57,790 bases of DNA from Candidatus Sericytochromatia bacterium (GTDB taxonomy: Bacteria > Cyanobacteriota > Sericytochromatia > S15B-MN24 > UBA4093). The notes under the pieces were generated by a model. The model was not told the DNA's origin. It did not search any database and saw nothing but the letters and a program-made list of their open reading frames with translations. A program made the translations under genes and the position numbers. Every line of letters begins with the position of its first letter. Position 1 is the stretch's first letter. The stretch is taken from NCBI GenBank assembly GCA_036676495.1, contig JAKFCT010000101.1, positions 1 through 57,790 on the forward strand, in the 5' to 3' direction. Below are positions 19,587 to 29,486 of this stretch, piece after piece.

Positions 19587-21143
19587 TTACTCCCATTCGA
19601 TCGTCGCGGGCGGCTTCGAGGTGACCTCGAAGACCACGCGGTTGACTTCCTTCACTTCGTTGGCGATCCGGCTCGCGACCCGGCCCAGGACCTCGTAGGG
19701 GATCGGGTGGAAGTCGGCGGTCATCCCATCGACGGAATCCACTGCCCGGAGGGCCACCACGCCGCCGTAGGTCCGGCCGTCGCCCTGCACGCCCACGGCG
19801 TTCACCGGCAAGAGCACCGCGAAGGCTTGCCAGATGGCCTCGTAGAGGCCGGCGCGATGCAGCTCGTCGAGGTAGATCCGGTCGGCCTTGCGGAGGACCT
19901 CGAGGCGATCGCGGGTGATTTCGCCCAGGATCCGGATGGCGAGGCCCGGCCCCGGGAAGGGGTGGCGCATCACCAGCTCGCGCGAGAGGCCCAGGTGCAT
20001 GCCCAGCTCGCGGACTTCGTCCTTGAAGATGCCGCCGCAGGGCTCGATGATCTTGCCGGCGGCCCGCTTGGCCTTGACCAGGGGAGTGCCCACGTTGTGG
20101 TGGGTCTTGATGGTGGCGGTCTGGGATCCGGTCGCTCCCGACTCGATCAGGTCCGTGTAGAGGGTCCCCTGCGCGAGGAAAGCTGCGTCCTCGTCGATGC
20201 CGAGCCGGTCGAGCTCCTCGGACTGGACCTCGATGAAGGTATCCCCGATGATGCGGCGCTTCTCCTCGGGGTCGACGACGCCCGCCAGGCGCGAGAGGAA
20301 GCGCTCGGACGCATCCACGAAGTGGAGGTTCGCAAGCCCCATGCCCTTCAGGCTTTCGACCACCTGGGCGGATTCCCCGGCGCGCATCAGGCCAGAATCG
20401 ATGTGGATGGGATAGACCTGCTCCGGGGGAAGGGCGCGGGCGAGCAGGGCCGCCGTCACCGTCGAGTCCACCCCGCCCGAGACCAGGACGATCACCGGCT
20501 TGTCCCCGACCCGCGCGCGGACGTCGCGGATCGACTCCTGGAGGTAGTCCTCGACGGACCAATCACCCTGGCAGCCGCAGACGTCGAAGACGAAGTTCCG
20601 GATCAGCTGCTTGCCGTTGGGAGTATGGGTGACCTCCGGGTGGAACTGGAGGCCGTAGCGCTGCGCGGCGGGGGCCTCGATGGCCGCGATCACGCCGTCT
20701 CTGGTGCGGGCCGTGACCATGAAGCCCTCGGCCAGGCGGTCAAGCCTGTCGCCGTGGCTCATCCAGACGGTCTCATCGCTGGCGAGTCCTTTGAAGAGGC
20801 CCTCGGAAGCGGGGATTGACAGCGTCGCCCGACCGTACTCCCGCTGGGTATGGGAGACGACTTCTCCGCCCGAGAGGCGGTTGAGGAGCTGCATGCCGTA
20901 GCAAACGCCCAGGATGGGGACGTTCAGGTCCAGGACTCCGGGGGCCGGCATCGGAGAGCCCGCTTCATGGACGCTCGCCGGGCCGCCGGAGAGGATGATG
21001 CCCTTGAGATGCGATCCCTGGAGCGCCTCGACGGGGGTCTGGTGGGGGAGGATGGTGGCGTAAACGCCCATTTCCCGGATCCGCCGGGCGATGAGCGGGG
21101 TGTACTGGCTTCCGAAGTCCAGAATGGCGATAGTTTCGTTCAT
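19587..21143 (-). CDS. guaA: GMP synthase (glutamine-hydrolysing)
   Basis: DFGSQY, GVCYGMQ, QFHPEV, SGGVDS, IKTHHN, PFPGPGL, KPPATIEWE. Confidence 0.97.
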   Translation of the reverse strand: MNETIAILDFGSQYTPLIARRIREMGVYATILPHQTPVEALQGSHLKGIILSGGPASVHEAGSPMPAPGVLDLNVPILGVCYGMQLLNRLSGGEVVSHTQREYGRATLSIPASEGLFKGLASDETVWMSHGDRLDRLAEGFMVTARTRDGVIAAIEAPAAQRYGLQFHPEVTHTPNGKQLIRNFVFDVCGCQGDWSVEDYLQESIRDVRARVGDKPVIVLVSGGVDSTVTAALLARALPPEQVYPIHIDSGLMRAGESAQVVESLKGMGLANLHFVDASERFLSRLAGVVDPEEKRRIIGDTFIEVQSEELDRLGIDEDAAFLAQGTLYTDLIESGATGSQTATIKTHHNVGTPLVKAKRAAGKIIEPCGGIFKDEVRELGMHLGLSRELVMRHPFPGPGLAIRILGEITRDRLEVLRKADRIYLDELHRAGLYEAIWQAFAVLLPVNAVGVQGDGRTYGGVVALRAVDSVDGMTADFHPIPYEVLGRVASRIANEVKEVNRVVFEVTSKPPATIEWE

Positions 21144-21351
21144 GGGTCCTCGTTCAGGTGGGAAAACCGGTGCCCAGGGCCGCCTCCAGGGATGGAAGGC
21201 GCAGAAACGTTCCGCGGAGGGGCGCGCTGGCGTGAGACTCGTATTCCCGAGCGGGGGGGCAAGCTATCGTCACCGGAAAACGCCGCGGCGTCGGAAGGAC
21301 GAGCCGCGCCGCCCTTCTGGGCAAGGCTTGGCACGCGAGCTATACTGGTAG

Positions 21352-22680
<1,329 letters not shown>

Positions 22681-22690
22681 CCTGAAACGC

Positions 22691-22728
22691 GACGCGAGGC
22701 CTCCCGAAAGGGGGGCTTCCGTCTTTTT
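22691..22728 (+). terminator. Rho-independent terminator after serS
   Basis: GC-rich stem with gaaa loop, then T5. Confidence 0.75.
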
Positions 22729-22826
22729 AGCGCCCGCGGCTGTTTCGAAAGGCAGCGAGAGAAAGCCGTGCACCTGGCTATGTCAGGGTGAAAGCTCACT
22801 CTCGCTGTCCTGTAGAAACGTTAGCT
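22728..22826. repeat. Copy of a dispersed ~100-bp intergenic element (related copy at 6014-6116)
   Basis: TAGCGCCCGCGGCTGTTTCGAAAGGCAGC...GAAACGTTAGCT; matching ends at 6014-6116, partial matches at 25473, 30722, 41276. Confidence 0.55.
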
Positions 22827-22952
22827 CTAGGCATCGGCGCGCAAAGGGCTAGAAGCGTTTGACTGAAGGGCAAGCGGGTACAATACTCCCAGGTTTCCAG
22901 GATTGACGGTCGTCATGAGCCCGAAACGGGCAAGCAACGGAGAGGTCGCAGA

Positions 22953-23585
22953 GTGAGCGCAAGCAACCCTATTCCCCATCCTGCCGCGGGCGCGACTCAA
23001 GCCCCCCAGGCCCCGGGGCAAGCCGCTGGAGCGCAAGCTCCCATGTTCAACCATCCCCGCCTGCAGGAGTTGCTCAAGAAGGCTTCCGCCGTGCCCGGCG
23101 TGGGCGCGATCGTGATGCAAACCATCTACGACCTGGTGCATCCCCAGGATCGCATCCTCGTCTGCTACTACCAGTTCGAGGCCACGGTCCCCAAGACCCC
23201 GAATGAAGCCGTCAACAACTTCTACTCCTGCGAAGTGACGCTGGTGACCTCGGCTTACTTCATCAACATCACGATCTTCCCCAAGGCCCATACCTACCGC
23301 AAGAAGAAGATCCACACCGTCGGAGAGGTCTCGGTCAAGTACGACCCGCCGTCGATGGAGGAGATCAAGGGGGTTCAGGTCGGCAAGTTCGTGCCCAACA
23401 ACCTCACGATGACGGTGGTCCTTCACGACGAGAAGGGCAACGTGGTCGATTCCTGGCAGGCCGAGACCACGCATCCGGATGCCGTCCGCAACCTCCTGGA
23501 GAGCGCCCGCATGCTCAACAAGTGCGTGGGCTACCCGCTCGGCCAGATCGCCCAGCAGGCCGCCTCGGCAGCGACGAACGCGTAA
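22953..23585 (+). CDS. Hypothetical protein, first gene of the pilT/pilU operon
   Basis: GGAGAGG RBS before GTG; typical codon bias; Pro/Ala/Gln-rich N-terminus; 4 nt from the next gene. Confidence 0.75.
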   Translation: MSASNPIPHPAAGATQAPQAPGQAAGAQAPMFNHPRLQELLKKASAVPGVGAIVMQTIYDLVHPQDRILVCYYQFEATVPKTPNEAVNNFYSCEVTLVTSAYFINITIFPKAHTYRKKKIHTVGEVSVKYDPPSMEEIKGVQVGKFVPNNLTMTVVLHDEKGNVVDSWQAETTHPDAVRNLLESARMLNKCVGYPLGQIAQQAASAATNA

Positions 23586-23589
23586 CCCC

Positions 23590-24675
23590 ATGAACATCAT
23601 CGACTTCCTGCGAACCGCCGTCCAGAAGACCGCCTCCGACATTCACGTGAAGGTGGGCAACCCGCCGATCCTGCGCATCGACGGACGCATCGTGCCGACC
23701 GAGTACAAGTCGTTGACCCCGGCGGATACCCGCCAGGCGCTCTACAGCTTGATGAACACCGAACAGCGCCAGATGTTCGAGCAGAACCGCGAGATCGACA
23801 TCGCGCTGACCATCGACGGGCTCGCGCGCTTCCGCGTGAACGTCTACTTCGAGCAGGGCAACATCGGGGCGGCCTTCCGCGTCGTTCCGCTCAAGCCCCC
23901 GCAGATCGACGCCATGACCCTGCCCCCGGTCATCAAGAAGCTCGCCCTCGAGCGGCAAGGCCTGGTGCTGGTCACCGGTCCCACGGGCTCGGGCAAGTCC
24001 ACCACCCTGGCGGCGATGGTCGAGTTCATCAACACGACCAAGGACGTCCACGTCCTGACCATCGAGGACCCGGTCGAATTCCTCTACACCAACAAGAAGT
24101 CGGTCATCACCCAGCGCGAGCTGGGCACCGACACGCTGACCTACCCCAATGCGGTCAAGTACGCCCTGCGGCAGGATCCCGACGTGATCCTGATCGGTGA
24201 GATGCGCGACCAGGAGACGATCATCGCGGCGGTGAAGGCCGCCGAAACCGGCCACCTGGTGCTTTCCACCCTCCACACCACCGACTCGGTGCAGACCCTC
24301 TCGCGGATCATCAACACCTTCCCGCCCCACGAGCAGGACGGCATCCGGCAGCAGCTGTCGGCCATCCTCCGGGGCTCCGTGGCCCAGCGCCTGATCCCGC
24401 ATTCCAACGGACGGGGCCGCCGAGCGGCGGTCGAGGTGCTGGTCTCCACGCCCACGGTCTCCGACCTCATCTTCAAGAACGAAATCGACCAGCTCTACCA
24501 CGTCATCCAGCAAGGCGGGATGGACGGCATGCAGAGCATGAACATGGCGCTCTTCAACCTCTTCCAAGAGGACATCATCACGCTGGACGACGCGCTCTCC
24601 TACTCGGAGAACCCCAACGAGCTGCAGCGGATGATGCGCGGGGCCTTCCACGGCTCCGGCTCCATGGTGCAGTAA
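23590..24675 (+). CDS. PilT/PilU-family type IV pilus retraction ATPase
   Basis: ASDIH, RFRVN, GPTGSGKST, TIEDPVE, LRQDPDVILIGEMRD, TGHLVLSTLHT; AIRNLIRE position reads TVSDLIFK (PilU-like). Confidence 0.93.
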   Translation: MNIIDFLRTAVQKTASDIHVKVGNPPILRIDGRIVPTEYKSLTPADTRQALYSLMNTEQRQMFEQNREIDIALTIDGLARFRVNVYFEQGNIGAAFRVVPLKPPQIDAMTLPPVIKKLALERQGLVLVTGPTGSGKSTTLAAMVEFINTTKDVHVLTIEDPVEFLYTNKKSVITQRELGTDTLTYPNAVKYALRQDPDVILIGEMRDQETIIAAVKAAETGHLVLSTLHTTDSVQTLSRIINTFPPHEQDGIRQQLSAILRGSVAQRLIPHSNGRGRRAAVEVLVSTPTVSDLIFKNEIDQLYHVIQQGGMDGMQSMNMALFNLFQEDIITLDDALSYSENPNELQRMMRGAFHGSGSMVQ

Positions 24676-24717
24676 CGTTTTTCTAGTCACGACGGCGCGT
24701 AGCTAAGGAGGATCACG

Positions 24718-25305
24718 GTGAAGCGGCTGCTGGGAATGACTCTCGCGTTGGGCTTATTGGCTCCGTTGTCGGCATGCGGCTGGTACACCAACGTCCCCGC
24801 CCAGATCCACGTGAAATCCGTGGCTCCGAGTTCCATCACGGTCACTTACAAGGAGCCGGGATCGGGAGCGAAGGCCATCTACGACGCCACGATTTCGGAT
24901 GCCGTCCTGACGCTGGCCGGGGATCCGGGGTCCATCGGGGCGACCTTTTATTCGGTGGACGTGAAGTTCACCGATGGCACCGCCGGCAACGGCGAGCCCG
25001 TGGAGGCTTCGGGGCTCACCAAGCAAGTGATCGACATGTCGCTGCGGGTCGAACCCTCGGTCTTCCGTGAAGATCCGCGCAAGGACGAGTTGAACGACGC
25101 GAAATGGGAAGAGGGCAAGCTCATCATCGGCACCGGTCAAATGTCGCTGGCCGCCGTCGTCAACCGGCAGGTGCTGGATTTCGGTTTCAAGCGCACGAGC
25201 AACGTCGTCAACGCGCAGATCACGCTGAGCGGCTATGACGACGCCAAGTTCCCGACGTCCCTGACCGTGAACGTGCCCATCGTCTTCACGGGCTACAGCC
25301 AGTAA
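24718..25305 (+). CDS. Hypothetical lipoprotein
   Basis: Signal peptide with LSAC lipobox; AAGGAGG RBS; beta-rich sequence. Confidence 0.8.
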   Translation: MKRLLGMTLALGLLAPLSACGWYTNVPAQIHVKSVAPSSITVTYKEPGSGAKAIYDATISDAVLTLAGDPGSIGATFYSVDVKFTDGTAGNGEPVEASGLTKQVIDMSLRVEPSVFREDPRKDELNDAKWEEGKLIIGTGQMSLAAVVNRQVLDFGFKRTSNVVNAQITLSGYDDAKFPTSLTVNVPIVFTGYSQ

Positions 25306-25310
25306 GCCCC

Positions 25311-25475
25311 ATGATCCGGCGACTCTGGGAAGACGAAGAGGGCCAGGCCATGGTCGAGTACGCCCTGGTCGCCGGGGCCATCTGCATCGGCCTGATGGCC
25401 TCGATCAAGATCCTGGATCTCGCCTTCTCGGGCCAGTACGCCAACCAGCACAAGGGCCTGCAGCGCGCCCGCTAG
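25311..25475 (+). CDS. Flp/Fap family pilin, 54 aa (absent from the ORF track)
   Basis: MIRRLWEDEEG|QAMVEYALVAGAICIGLMASIKIL...: prepilin cleavage G, E+5/Y+6 and hydrophobic helix. Confidence 0.85.
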   Translation: MIRRLWEDEEGQAMVEYALVAGAICIGLMASIKILDLAFSGQYANQHKGLQRAR

Positions 25476-25484
25476 CACCCGCGG

Positions 25485-26198
25485 CTAACGCCCGCGTCTG
25501 GGCAAGGTCTGGGCGAACCAAAGCGGGATGAGCTGCTTGGGCTCGTCCTCGCAGAGGTCCGCCACCTTCTGGTAGAGCGGGCTGAAGCTCGGCAAGCGTA
25601 GCTTCGGTCCGCCTCCCTCCGAGAGTTGGGATTCCAGGGCCTCGCGCTGCTGACCGCAGGCGAAGATCTCGGCGTAGCCCTCCCGTTGCAAGTTGAAGAG
25701 ACCGTACCCCCGGCAGATGGCGGGGCGAACGGGATAGACCGAGCATGAGCCCGAGGCGTCCAGCAGGGGGCATGCGATGGGAAGGTCGGTAGGCGCGGGC
25801 TTGGGGCGATCGCCCGCATCCAGTGCCGCCTGGAGCTGCTCCAAGAGCGGCAAGTAAGGCGGGAAGCGCTCCCAGAAATCCCTGACGAGCGCCTCCAGCT
25901 CTTCCTCGGTCCGGGTCGCGACCAGATAGTCGTGAACGACGTCCCATTCCGAGCGGTAGACCCGGATGAGGGCGCGGTGCAGATCGCAGCACCGGCCGCA
26001 GCCCGCCGCGCAGACCGATCGCGGGAAAGCCGCTTGCACCGAGGCGCTCAACCGATCGATCAAGACGTAAACGTTGTGCTCGTCGGAGCTTCGGCCCAGG
26101 TTCGAGGCGGAAGGGAGGGCGTGTCGGACCGTTCGCATCGCTTCCGGCAGCGCAAGCGGGGCGTTCTCGGGATCGACGGGCGAATCGGGTCGGCTCAT
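25485..26198 (-). CDS. YkgJ/CxxCxxCC cysteine-cluster protein (paralog 1)
   Basis: CAAGCGRCC, ACPLL...CSVYPVRPAICRGYG. Confidence 0.85.
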   Translation of the reverse strand: MSRPDSPVDPENAPLALPEAMRTVRHALPSASNLGRSSDEHNVYVLIDRLSASVQAAFPRSVCAAGCGRCCDLHRALIRVYRSEWDVVHDYLVATRTEEELEALVRDFWERFPPYLPLLEQLQAALDAGDRPKPAPTDLPIACPLLDASGSCSVYPVRPAICRGYGLFNLQREGYAEIFACGQQREALESQLSEGGGPKLRLPSFSPLYQKVADLCEDEPKQLIPLWFAQTLPRRGR

Positions 26199-26224
26199 GC
26201 GCTCATGGTAGCAGAAGCAGCGCG

Positions 26225-26392
26225 TCACATGGGCCGGATCTCGCCGGTTTCGGGCTCGACCTCGATCCGAGGGTTGTCCGCATCGACCTCCACGCGCTCA
26301 TGGTCGCGCTCGCCGAACTCGCCCATGAACTCCTCGCGTGGGGAAAGCCGATCGTCCTCGTCCGATTCCGGGGGCATGAAGCCACGATCCAT
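26225..26392 (-). CDS. Small acidic hypothetical protein, 55 aa (absent from the ORF track)
   Basis: AGGAGGT RBS; MDRGFMPPESDEDDRLSPREEFMGEFGERDHERVEVDADNPRIEVEPETGEIRPM. Confidence 0.65.
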   Translation of the reverse strand: MDRGFMPPESDEDDRLSPREEFMGEFGERDHERVEVDADNPRIEVEPETGEIRPM

Positions 26393-26569
26393 CGGTCACC
26401 TCCTGACGTCGCGCATGGCGCACCCAGACGTTCTCCGGGATCCTAGGCGCATCGGGCGACGGCCACAAGGCCCGCCTAGCGGGTACTCGGGGCTGCGAGG
26501 AATGGATTGACATCCCTCGCCGCGATCAGAAAGACTAAGAGATGTTACGCATCGAAAGGGGGGTTCGCG

Positions 26570-27037
26570 ATGAAAGTCCGTGACCTGATGACCGAGAAGC
26601 AGCAACTGGCTCGCGTCACCACGGTGACGATGCTTCCCGAAGTCGCCAAGAAGATGAAGGAAGCCGACACCGGGATCATTCCGGTGGTGGACGAAAAGAA
26701 CGAGGACAAGCTCATCGGGCTCATCACCGACCGGGACATCGCCGTCCGGGCCGTGGCCGAGGGGATCGACCTCTCGAAAGCCAAGGTTGTCGACTTCATG
26801 AGCAAGGACGTCAAGTGCATCTCTCCCGACACCGATACCAAGGAGGCGACCCGGCTGATGTCGGAGCGGCAGGTCCACCGCCTCTGCGTGGTCGACAACG
26901 ACCGCCTGGTAGGCATCCTGTCGCTGGGCGATCTGGTCGAGGCCGACCGGCGCGCGGGAGCGGAGGCCCTGGAGGGCATCTCGCATGGAGCCAAGGCCGA
27001 AAAGAAGCTCGACCAAGAAACCATGCCCGGCCACTAG
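26570..27037 (+). CDS. Tandem CBS-domain protein (Hrp1-like)
   Basis: MKVRDLMT, LIGLITDRDIAVR, LVGILSLGDL. Confidence 0.9.
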   Translation: MKVRDLMTEKQQLARVTTVTMLPEVAKKMKEADTGIIPVVDEKNEDKLIGLITDRDIAVRAVAEGIDLSKAKVVDFMSKDVKCISPDTDTKEATRLMSERQVHRLCVVDNDRLVGILSLGDLVEADRRAGAEALEGISHGAKAEKKLDQETMPGH

Positions 27038-27046
27038 CCCAAAAGG

Positions 27047-27074
27047 GGAAGCCCCGGACGGTTCCGGGGCTTCC
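27047..27074. terminator. Hairpin between convergent genes
   Basis: ggaagccccgga-cggt-tccggggcttcc. Confidence 0.7.
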
Positions 27075-27076
27075 TG

Positions 27077-28249
27077 CTAAATTAGCGACTGGTTCAGCAA
27101 CTCGACGATGCCGGACTTGAAGCGGTCCCACTTGCCCAGCTTCGGGATGGACGCCGCGTTCCGGGTGAAGTCCTCCTCGAAGGCCGCCTGGACGTCATCG
27201 CCGACGCCCTTGCCGTAGAAGAGGACTCCGACCTCGTGGTTGTACTCGTAGGCGCCCTTGATGGCGTTCACGGTGCCGCCGATCACGCGGTGGGTCTCCT
27301 CGGGCTTGCCGGCATCATGGGTGAAGAGCCAGACCTTGGAGTGAAGCTTGGTGATGCCCTCGGGCGGCACGTAGGCCTTGACCTCGATGTCGAGGGCCTG
27401 CAGGCGACGGATGGCGGGAAGGTCGGGGACACCACCGGCGATGGCCTTGGCAATCGCGTCCGTGGGCTTGCCCGAGGTGAACGGAACCTTGAGGTCGAGC
27501 AGCACCCGGATCTTGGCGCCGCGATCGTGGGCGGCCTCCAGGGCGTCTAGGACCAGGGGATCGCCAAGATCCATCATCCAGAGGTCGACCGCGTCGCCCT
27601 TGCCGACGGCCTTCAGCTCGCTGAGGACCTGGGGGCGGGTGGACTGCTCCTTGGGGCCGGTCTGCGAGACTCCGACCCAGACGTCTCCCTTGGGCGCGAT
27701 CTTGCTCTTGACGGGCAGGAGCTTGCCACCGGCATGCGTCCAGCCTTCCTCGAAGGTCTTCTGGAGGTCGCGCACCGCGGGCCCCTCGATGCGGGTCATC
27801 ATGTCGCGGTTGATCTCTTGATCGAAGTTGACGCCGCCCACCCAGGCGAGCTCGTCGTCGACGACCACCAGCTTGGAATGCTCGACGGAGTACGGGGTGT
27901 CCAGGGAGGGAGCGTTCATGGACTTGGAGCGGAAGTAGTTGACCTCGATGCCCTCGGCGCGAAGCTTCTTGGCGAGGACCTCGCCGTCGCGCTTCTGCAT
28001 CGTGCCGTCCAGCAGGACCTGAACCTTGACGCCCTGCTTGTGCTTGGCGATGAGGGCGTTGGCGATCGCCTCGCCATGCTCCCCGTTGAAGAGGAAGTTC
28101 TCGAACTGGATCTTGGTCTTGGCCTTGGACAGGTCCGCCAGGACCCCCTTCAGCGCGTCCACGTCATAGAACGTGTTGGAGACCCGGTTTCCGCCCACGG
28201 GCTTCGTCGGCTGAGTGTTGATGTCCGACCGCGACTTCACCAGGTTCAT
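27077..28249 (-). CDS. Phospholipase D/cardiolipin synthase-like protein
   Basis: HSKLVVVD...GGVN and a variant second motif HSKVWLFTHD...GTVN; GGAGGAGG RBS. Confidence 0.85.
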   Translation of the reverse strand: MNLVKSRSDINTQPTKPVGGNRVSNTFYDVDALKGVLADLSKAKTKIQFENFLFNGEHGEAIANALIAKHKQGVKVQVLLDGTMQKRDGEVLAKKLRAEGIEVNYFRSKSMNAPSLDTPYSVEHSKLVVVDDELAWVGGVNFDQEINRDMMTRIEGPAVRDLQKTFEEGWTHAGGKLLPVKSKIAPKGDVWVGVSQTGPKEQSTRPQVLSELKAVGKGDAVDLWMMDLGDPLVLDALEAAHDRGAKIRVLLDLKVPFTSGKPTDAIAKAIAGGVPDLPAIRRLQALDIEVKAYVPPEGITKLHSKVWLFTHDAGKPEETHRVIGGTVNAIKGAYEYNHEVGVLFYGKGVGDDVQAAFEEDFTRNAASIPKLGKWDRFKSGIVELLNQSLI

Positions 28250-28348
28250 ACGCACCTCCTCCATGCCTTAAGAGGAGTTATCGAGCTGTTCACGCCCGCC
28301 CTTGCCCGCAGGAGGTTAAGCGAGCGGTAAACCTGATTAAAGGTACGG

Positions 28349-29428
28349 CTAATACCCGAGCGGGAAGGCGGAGCCTCGGCGCATAAGGGTCAGGAGGGCG
28401 GGAAGGCCGTTGCGATCGGCGTAGGCCTTGGCGCGGCGGTACCCCCGACCGTAGTGCTCGTCGGGGTCCTCTTGCATGGCTTTGAGGTTGCGCGCGGCGT
28501 CGGGAGATCCGGACGCGGAGTGAACGAGCGAGCGGACGTAGTTGCACGCTCCCTCCTCGAGGGCGGGGTGAAGTTTCTTGCTCGCGTTCAGGTTGATCCA
28601 GACGTGCGTCAGCTCGTGGGCGACGGTGCCCATGAAGTCCTCGCGGGGCATGCCGTTGAGGACGTAGACGGCGATCTCGCGGCGGGTCAGCTCGCCGCCG
28701 CGGGTCTCGCTCAGGACGGACGTGAAGCCCTGGACGTTCTGGCCATGCAGCCCCCCCCGCCGCATGAGGTTCTTCAGCGTGGTCAGGTCGACCAGCTTCA
28801 GGGGAGCGGCCGAGGCCGGCACGGAGAGCCCCCATGCCGCCAGCTGGGCGCGGACCTCCTCGATGGCGGCCGTGGCGTCGCGATCCGTGCGGATGACCTG
28901 GGGATAGCACATGCCGCAGACACTGCGGCCATCCGCGTACGTATAGCCTCCCTGGGAGGTCTTCGGAGAGACGACCCGGCGGCAATAGGCGCAAAGCGGG
29001 ATCCGGTGCTCGGAGTGATAGCGGTTGCCCAAAGGATCGATCAGATAGCGGCCGATCATGCCCGCCCCGCAGACGTCGCACTTGGGGGCGACGTTGGCCT
29101 GGAAGCAGGCCGGGTGATAGGCCTGCCCCTCATGCTTGACGAACTTCCCCGTGACCGGGCGCGAGCAGGTCCCGCAGCGCTCTCCGAACTGCTCGGCGTA
29201 ACAGTTGGCGTGGTAGGGCTTGCCCTGATGCGGGACGTAATTGCCGGAGATGGGGCGCTCGCAGGCCGCGCAGGCGAAGTGCTGAGGATGGAAGGCCTCG
29301 CGCCCCATGCGCACGAAGGTCCCGCTGATAGGTTGTCGGCAATCGGAACAGACCATCTCCGCGCGGGCTCCCTCCAGCGTCAGGCTCCAGACCATGAGCA
29401 TTGCCAGCAGGAAGGGAACGACCTTCAA
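28349..29428 (-). CDS. Secreted LIM-domain plus DA1-like zinc peptidase protein
   Basis: Signal peptide ending ARA; LIM CxxC-x16-HxxHxxCxxC...HxxC; further CxxC pairs; HELTH...EEGAC. Confidence 0.85.
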   Translation of the reverse strand: MKVVPFLLAMLMVWSLTLEGARAEMVCSDCRQPISGTFVRMGREAFHPQHFACAACERPISGNYVPHQGKPYHANCYAEQFGERCGTCSRPVTGKFVKHEGQAYHPACFQANVAPKCDVCGAGMIGRYLIDPLGNRYHSEHRIPLCAYCRRVVSPKTSQGGYTYADGRSVCGMCYPQVIRTDRDATAAIEEVRAQLAAWGLSVPASAAPLKLVDLTTLKNLMRRGGLHGQNVQGFTSVLSETRGGELTRREIAVYVLNGMPREDFMGTVAHELTHVWINLNASKKLHPALEEGACNYVRSLVHSASGSPDAARNLKAMQEDPDEHYGRGYRRAKAYADRNGLPALLTLMRRGSAFPLGY

Positions 29429-29486
29429 ACCATCCCCTCCTTTTCAAAACGACAGCTAGGTAGATTCTACCCAGCGCCGCATGGGC

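Noticed and set aside
18437-21143. CBS-less GuaB and guaA-before-guaB order as novelty
   Set aside because: Both variations are known in other bacteria.
22857-22884. SigB/SigF-like promoter GTTTGA-N13-GGGTAC before the pilus operon
   Set aside because: Overlaps an equally plausible sigma70 -10 (TACAAT); cannot be resolved from sequence alone.
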